A stretch of 64,000 bases of DNA from Planctomycetota bacterium (lineage in GTDB: Bacteria > Planctomycetota > UBA8108 > SXIK01): NCBI GenBank assembly GCA_965223265.1, contig OZ244999.1, forward strand, positions 8,256,001 through 8,320,000. The letters are read 5' to 3'. Below the pieces are notes generated by a model, which was not told where the DNA came from, ran no database searches, and was given only the letters and a program-made list of their open reading frames with translations. The translations under genes were made by a program, and so were the position numbers. Positions 58,469 to 64,000 of the stretch are shown piece after piece; position 1 is the first letter of the stretch; the number at the start of each line of letters is the position of its first letter.

Positions 58469-59935
58469 ATGGTAACACGTTTCCCTACGTCGCACCGATT
58501 CATGACTGCCGTTGCGGTTCTTGCCGCATGGGCCGGTGGTTGTCAATCGCCGCCGCCCGGGCGTGAAGCAGCGCACCCCATCGCAGCGCGCCCCATCGCA
58601 GAGATCCCCGTTGCGGGAGACGCGAAGAGCGAGCGCACTAGCGATTCCGACGTCGGGAAAACTCCTGCGGACTCGCAGGCGGCGACGGAGGTGCAAGCAG
58701 GCGCGGACACACCAGCGCAGCGCGCGGAGCCGAAGATCGCGGTGCCGGAGACTGCCCGTGATGCGGCCGCGTTGTGGGAGTCTCACGGACGCTCGGGACT
58801 GCCTCAACTCGCGATCTTCTTCGGTCGTGTCGAACTGAGCGCTGGTGAGCTTGAGCCGGCGTTTCGTCTTGTGCGGTCGATCGCGCTCGAGGTGAAGCCC
58901 GGCGATCGGGACGCGGCCGCCGCTGTTCAGTGCATCGTGGCTTTTCTTCGCCTTGGCGACGACGCAGAGCTCGGTCTTTCGGAGCTCGCGGCTCCGGTCT
59001 CGGACGTCGGCATCATCCAGCTCGCCGTTGGTCTGCGGCCGGCGAGCGAACTCACTCCCGTGCTCGTGGCGGCAATGCGCTCACAGTCATCGGGCTCTCA
59101 GGCAATGGGCCCGAACTTTCGCCGCTGCGCCGCGCTGGCTCTCGCGTTTCTTGGCGATCCTACGGCTCGTCCCGTTCTCGAGGGACTTCTCGACGAGTTC
59201 GTCGAGCACTACGAGGCGGGGAGGACGCATGTGCTCGACGCCGCGACTGCCGTCGAGATCGTTTGCCGCTTCGGAGACCCGGCGCTGGGACGTTTTCTCG
59301 TCGACATCCTCGAGCTTTCCGACGACCCGAGGGTGCGGAATCCGTGCGGTCGCTGCCTGGCGACGTTGTGGCGCGGCAAGGCGGAGGCGCCACTTGTGCG
59401 ACTGCTGAGAAGAAACGATGCCGGGAGCCAGCTCGCTGCCATCGCTGGTCTGCTTCGGATCGGGGAAGTGACGGCGCTCAATCGGATCATTCACGCGATG
59501 GATCGCTCGGAGCATGTGCGCGTGCACGACACCGTCAAGACGTACCTGCGGCGATACGCCGCCGCACTCGACATGACTTTGTATGACCTCGAAGCGTGGA
59601 TCCGGAGTCAACCGGCCAAGGCGCTCGTCGCGATCCGTCCGTACATGCTGCGACTGGAAGTGCTGAGCGCGAAGGATCGCCGCCTGAGCCGCGACGAACT
59701 GGTGAAGGTTCTAGAGCACTGGCGACAACACGGTACGATCCATACACCCGAGTGGAAGTGGGTGCGCGACCGACATGTTTTGGATGTCGCCGAGCTGGAA
59801 GACGTCGAGCAGCTGGAAATGGTGCGGCAGGCGGTCCTGCGGCAGCTAACAGAGACTGCGCTCGCCGAGGCGCGAACGCTGCAGCGGATTCAAACGGCGC
59901 TGCGGCGCCGGGCCGGCGCGCAGTTGAATGAGTGA
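58469..59935 (+). CDS. Hypothetical lipoprotein with HEAT-like helical repeats
   Basis: AVAVLAAWAGGC lipobox-like; AALALAFLGDPTARPVL. Confidence 0.6.
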   Translation: MVTRFPTSHRFMTAVAVLAAWAGGCQSPPPGREAAHPIAARPIAEIPVAGDAKSERTSDSDVGKTPADSQAATEVQAGADTPAQRAEPKIAVPETARDAAALWESHGRSGLPQLAIFFGRVELSAGELEPAFRLVRSIALEVKPGDRDAAAAVQCIVAFLRLGDDAELGLSELAAPVSDVGIIQLAVGLRPASELTPVLVAAMRSQSSGSQAMGPNFRRCAALALAFLGDPTARPVLEGLLDEFVEHYEAGRTHVLDAATAVEIVCRFGDPALGRFLVDILELSDDPRVRNPCGRCLATLWRGKAEAPLVRLLRRNDAGSQLAAIAGLLRIGEVTALNRIIHAMDRSEHVRVHDTVKTYLRRYAAALDMTLYDLEAWIRSQPAKALVAIRPYMLRLEVLSAKDRRLSRDELVKVLEHWRQHGTIHTPEWKWVRDRHVLDVAELEDVEQLEMVRQAVLRQLTETALAEARTLQRIQTALRRRAGAQLNE

Positions 59936-60057
59936 GACGATCGAGTCGCGGCTTCTTCGTCGCCAAGTCGGGGGTGTTCTTAGCGAGTTTCTACGGAAGA
60001 ATGCTCTGCTTCAAAAAACGACGGCAAAGCGACTCTTAGGGCGCGTCAGCAGGCACT

Positions 60058-63000
60058 TCAGAACGATCCGCGGAGCGACTTCAAATACGCGAGCAGGTGC
60101 CGCATCTCGTCGCGCTTCAATAATTGATCCAGGCCTTGCGGCATCAGCGAGGCGGACTGACGTTCCATGGCGGCGACTTCGTGGCGCTCGATCCTGACGC
60201 GGGACAAGTCGGCACCGCGCAGCGTCATCGACTCTGCATCCTCGGCGCTGACAACGCCGCTGATCACCTCGCCGTCCGTCGTCACAATGGCGTACGTTTC
60301 GTAGCCCTGAGCGAACGACGCCGACGGAAAGACGACCGCTTCGAGGAGGTCGCGCCCAGCACGAACGCGTCCGATCTCGGTGAGGTCCGGCCCGAGCGTG
60401 CCTCCCTCCTGGCCGACGCGATGGCACGCACTGCAGGCAGCGCGGCCGTAGAAGAGCTCGCGGCCACGGGCGGCGTCGCCGCCGTCGAGGAGCGGGCGGA
60501 GAGCGACCAAACGCGCCTCGTCGAGTGCCGCAGCCGTTGTGGAGCGCTGCGCGAGTGTCGATGCTGCGCGCTGCACGTCCTCCGGAAAGCGCGCGAACGC
60601 GCGGCGGATTTCGCTCGGTCGAAGGGCTGTGGCCGCTGGCGCGGTCCGTAGTGCCAGCAGCAGCGCGGAGCCGACTGCGGCATCGCTGGAAGACCCGAAC
60701 GCGTGGAGCAGTTGCGACGCGACGAGAGCGTCACCCTCTGTCACCGCGTCGGCGAGGCGCAGGAGCTGCGGTTTCGACAACACCCCCATCTGGCCGAGCG
60801 CGGCCGCCGCTTTCAACTTGACGAACGGATCGGCCTCGACGCCGACATGCGAGACGAGCAGATCGAAAAGTTCGTCGTCGAGCACTGCGAGGCGCGAAGC
60901 GCACGCGCGCAGTGCCGAGAAACGAACATCGAGGCGTTCACGGTTCCGCCGTGAGAGTTGAATGAGGGCAGCGTCGAAACCGTCGAGACGTTGCATGCGG
61001 ATCAGATCAATCGCCTGCAATCGCACCGCGATCGAGGAGTGTGTCAGAGCTCTGCTGATGCCTGTGCGCCAAGAGTCGGGAAGCGACGGCACGTGGGCGC
61101 TGGCCAGCGTCTCGAGAAGTGTGCCGAGGGCTTCCTCCGATGTGCCCTCCTCCATGAGTGCCGAACCGATGACATCGCGCACTTCGTCTTCGTTGGCAAA
61201 CGCTCTGAGTGCGCCGCGCAGCGCTGCCGACTCGACACCGGGTGCCAGCGACTGTGGTTTCTTCGTTGTTGCGTCGGACACGCCCAGCCACCCCTTCAGG
61301 TGTCTCGCCAGCTCCATTGACCACTCTGGGTGACGACCAACAACTTCGAGAGTTGCCGCACGGAGTGCGGAGTTGTCGGTGTCGAGGCATGCGAAGACAT
61401 CCTCTACCGCGAGCTGCGCCCCGGATTGATCGAGGGCGACGAGCGCCGCACGTCGCACACCCGCGTGCTCGTCACGCAGGTAGGGACTGAGGTGTTCACG
61501 GAGCTCGACGTGTCCGACGACCATCTGGATGAGGGTGTGGATCACCGTGTGTTCGACGAACGCATCCGTTTCGCCATGTAGGAGGTCGAGGAGTTGAGGA
61601 ATGATTGCCAGCGACTCTGAACGCGGTAGAGAGATGCGCCCCAGAGCCTCGGCGGCTTGCCGACGGACTCCGGGGTCGGCGTCACCGAGTGCGCCGGTGA
61701 CGGCGTCGGTTGCGCTGCTGCAGCGCAGTGTGGCGACCGCTCTGAGGGCCGCGAGGCGGACTTCCACCTCCGGATCCGCGATGCCGAGAGCAAGAGCGTC
61801 ACGCGCTGCGTCGCTCTCGATGCGCGCCAGCGCCCATAGGGCGCGCCGGCGGATCTCAGGGTCGGAGCCGTCGCGCAGCGCCGTCGTCAAAGCCGCGGCG
61901 CCGTGCTGCGTCAATGCATCTCTGGCTCGGTCTCGGACGACGGGGCGTGGGTCGCCGAGAAGAGCGACGAGGCGCGAAGGAGCGAGTGCCTGCCATGCGA
62001 TCTCCTTCCCACGCGGGTCTCGACCTGTCGTCGCGTCGCGACGGCGTACGCGCCAGACGCCACCTTTGACTTCGGGCTTGGCGACGCGCGAGAGAGGACA
62101 GGCGTGAATGTACCAGCCGCCCGTGTCGACGATCAGGAGCGACCCATCTGCATCCTCGAGGACGTCCGTGGGGTGAAAGTCTGGGTCGGCGGAGCTCAAG
62201 AAATCGTGATTGTCGATGAGGTAGGTCGAGCCGTGGCGACGAACGTCATGCCAAGTGACCTTGTGCGGGTTGAAGTGCGCGGTGAACAGGCGACCGCGAT
62301 ACTCCGCGCCGAACTGTTCGCCGCGGTAACGAACGACGCCCGCCGGTGCGACGCGCCCCCAAATCGTCATCGGCGGTAGCAGCCGGCCTGTCCACAGGAA
62401 CTCGGCTGTCGACGAGTGTAGCTTCGGATAGACTCCACCCTCGACGAGGTGAAGCATTGCGTCGCGCTCTCCATTGCGTGGATTGGTGATGTAAGTCATC
62501 GTCAGGAACATCTGTCCGGTACGAGAGAACGCGACTTCGACCGGGTTGTCGAAGCCACCGCCACCGACGCGTTCGAGCTCGGAGCCGTCCGGTTGCAGTC
62601 GGTAGATGCCCGAGGCCAGCCCTTTGACCCGGCGTCCGTCGCCGAAGTCGAGCTCATGGCCATGGCGACCGTGGGTCAAGTAGAGTCGGCCGCATGGCCC
62701 GAGAAAGGGACCGTGAAGACTCGCCGTGTTGCGAAGATTGAAGCCGGAGACGATGGCCTCACGGCGCTCCGCGTGGCCGTCGCGATCCTCATCGGTGAAG
62801 CGCCAGAGATCAGGAGCCGCAGCGACGTACAGTGCCTCTTGGTGCCACAGCACGCCCATGGGGAGGCTGAGCTTCGCAGCGAAGACAGAGCCGCGGTCGT
62901 AGCGCCCGTCTCCATCGTCGTCGTGGAGCAAGCGAACGAAATTGCGCGGCGCATCGATCGCTTCGGGTCCGTGCGCGTTCGTGCCATCGGACTCGGCGAG

Positions 63001-63696
63001 AAAGAGCCGACCGTCGTTCGTCAGATGAGCCAGCATCGGGTACTGGGTCAGCGGCGGTAGAGCCGCCGGCTCGATCTTGAATCCGGACGGCAGGTGAAAC
63101 CGAGGCTCGTTCGGGTCGCGAGGAGGCACGACCGCATCGGCAGCGACGGCATCAAGGCGCAGGGTGCCGACGGTGACGTCGCCGTCGGCGCCCGCGTTCG
63201 ACAGCTCGATCGAGCTACGCTCACCGCTGTTGAAATAGAAGACGCCAAGCTCGAAGCCAGGCTCAGGGCGTTTCGGAGTCGACCGTTGGTCGATGACCAA
63301 CGTGTCGAGGCTGAAGGCGTGGCGGATGGTCACGGCCGCATTGGAAGCGTTTGATTCGCTTGGAGTGTATGACAGGGAGACGCGGTAGAAGCTGGCGCGC
63401 GGAAGATCTGGTTGCCATCGGAGAGTGCTGACTTCAGCCACACGCCCCAGCGCGACGTGCTCGGTGCCCCGGACCATCCAGTCGCCTTTCATCGTGGCGT
63501 CGTCAGGGCGGAGGAGGATGGTCGTCTCCTGCGCGTTCCTCTCGGCAGGATCGTCGCCGCCGGGCGTTCTTTTGTCGTCAGCAGCGCATGGAGTCGACGT
63601 GGAGATGGAGATGATCAGAAGCGGTGTCAGCCAACTAAGAGCCGCGCAGGGCGAACTCCTTTTGCCAGTTCTTTCCGATTTTGAGAATCCAATCAT
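60058..63696 (-). CDS. PVC-type heme-binding (CxxCH) membrane-bound dehydrogenase-like protein with propeller and HEAT repeats
   Basis: Signal; LPSGFKIE, DDDGDGRYD..SVFA, HGPFLGP.G.LY, GFDNPVEV, DFHPTDV, DTGGWY; HEAT repeats; GDAARGRELF..CSACH, GPDLT, SLMPQGL. Confidence 0.9.
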   Translation of the reverse strand: MIGFSKSERTGKRSSPCAALSWLTPLLIISISTSTPCAADDKRTPGGDDPAERNAQETTILLRPDDATMKGDWMVRGTEHVALGRVAEVSTLRWQPDLPRASFYRVSLSYTPSESNASNAAVTIRHAFSLDTLVIDQRSTPKRPEPGFELGVFYFNSGERSSIELSNAGADGDVTVGTLRLDAVAADAVVPPRDPNEPRFHLPSGFKIEPAALPPLTQYPMLAHLTNDGRLFLAESDGTNAHGPEAIDAPRNFVRLLHDDDGDGRYDRGSVFAAKLSLPMGVLWHQEALYVAAAPDLWRFTDEDRDGHAERREAIVSGFNLRNTASLHGPFLGPCGRLYLTHGRHGHELDFGDGRRVKGLASGIYRLQPDGSELERVGGGGFDNPVEVAFSRTGQMFLTMTYITNPRNGERDAMLHLVEGGVYPKLHSSTAEFLWTGRLLPPMTIWGRVAPAGVVRYRGEQFGAEYRGRLFTAHFNPHKVTWHDVRRHGSTYLIDNHDFLSSADPDFHPTDVLEDADGSLLIVDTGGWYIHACPLSRVAKPEVKGGVWRVRRRDATTGRDPRGKEIAWQALAPSRLVALLGDPRPVVRDRARDALTQHGAAALTTALRDGSDPEIRRRALWALARIESDAARDALALGIADPEVEVRLAALRAVATLRCSSATDAVTGALGDADPGVRRQAAEALGRISLPRSESLAIIPQLLDLLHGETDAFVEHTVIHTLIQMVVGHVELREHLSPYLRDEHAGVRRAALVALDQSGAQLAVEDVFACLDTDNSALRAATLEVVGRHPEWSMELARHLKGWLGVSDATTKKPQSLAPGVESAALRGALRAFANEDEVRDVIGSALMEEGTSEEALGTLLETLASAHVPSLPDSWRTGISRALTHSSIAVRLQAIDLIRMQRLDGFDAALIQLSRRNRERLDVRFSALRACASRLAVLDDELFDLLVSHVGVEADPFVKLKAAAALGQMGVLSKPQLLRLADAVTEGDALVASQLLHAFGSSSDAAVGSALLLALRTAPAATALRPSEIRRAFARFPEDVQRAASTLAQRSTTAAALDEARLVALRPLLDGGDAARGRELFYGRAACSACHRVGQEGGTLGPDLTEIGRVRAGRDLLEAVVFPSASFAQGYETYAIVTTDGEVISGVVSAEDAESMTLRGADLSRVRIERHEVAAMERQSASLMPQGLDQLLKRDEMRHLLAYLKSLRGSF

Positions 63697-63891
63697 CGTT
63701 GCCTTCTTGTGTCGGCCGGGAAAGCGGCGGTTCTGGCTCTGGTTGTCTTCTGTGCAGTTAGAGGAATTCGACGCGGCGTGAGAGGGACTCCGCTGTTGTT
63801 ACCTCTCAAGAAAAGCGTGGCGCACGGCCGAATCAGATTGTACTGGATTCTCTTTCCGAAGGAGAAAGTGATCGTGCACTGGAGTTGACGC

Positions 63892-64000
63892 GTGACGGAC
63901 TTGAAGAGTCGAGCTCGAGTCGTGGTGATCGGCAGTGGCATCTGCGGTTCGAGCATCGCCTACCATCTCACCCAGCTCGGTGAGCACGACGTCGTCGTCC
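63892..64000 (+). CDS. 3'-truncated FAD-dependent oxidoreductase (GcvT/sarcosine/dimethylglycine dehydrogenase family)
   Basis: GGAG at 63881, GTG at 63892; MTDLKSRARVVVIGSGICGSSIAYHLTQLGEHDVVV, a Rossmann GxGxxG motif with the family's S.AYHL. Not in the ORF track. Confidence 0.8.
   Translation, partial: MTDLKSRARVVVIGSGICGSSIAYHLTQLGEHDVVV

Noticed and set aside
63770-63890. Glycine riboswitch upstream of the GcvT-family gene
   Set aside because: Fragments (CTCTCAAG, CCGAAGGAG) occur in the wrong order for the aptamer; an Rfam scan would be needed to be sure.

Overview
High-GC chromosomal window, most likely from a Planctomycetota genome (inferred from two DUF1549/DUF1553+DUF1501 pairs, a PVC-type CxxCH heme protein, sulfatases and planctomycete-type dockerin tails). 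It is mostly large secreted or periplasmic proteins and carbohydrate/sulfate-ester catabolism genes. Two regions stand out. (1) 46.8-49.1 kb: two convergent 107-aa four-helix-bundle (23S-IVP/Avd-like) genes, each preceded by the same ~170-nt structured non-coding leader and embedded in perfect and degenerate 6/12-bp tandem arrays; this is the best candidate for an undescribed element. (2) 9.6-26.3 kb: three tandem giant secreted proteins with divergent FG-GAP/VCBS N-termini fused to a nucleotide-near-identical, mosaic phosphohistidine + PEP-synthase/PPDK ATP-grasp core and a C-terminal dockerin. Also present: a doubly disrupted dockerin pseudogene, an enolase-superfamily/sulfatase in-frame fusion and a dispersed GTAG-type REP family. 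I found no rRNA, tRNA, CRISPR, transposase or reverse transcriptase. All family assignments are by-eye motif recognition, not database searches.
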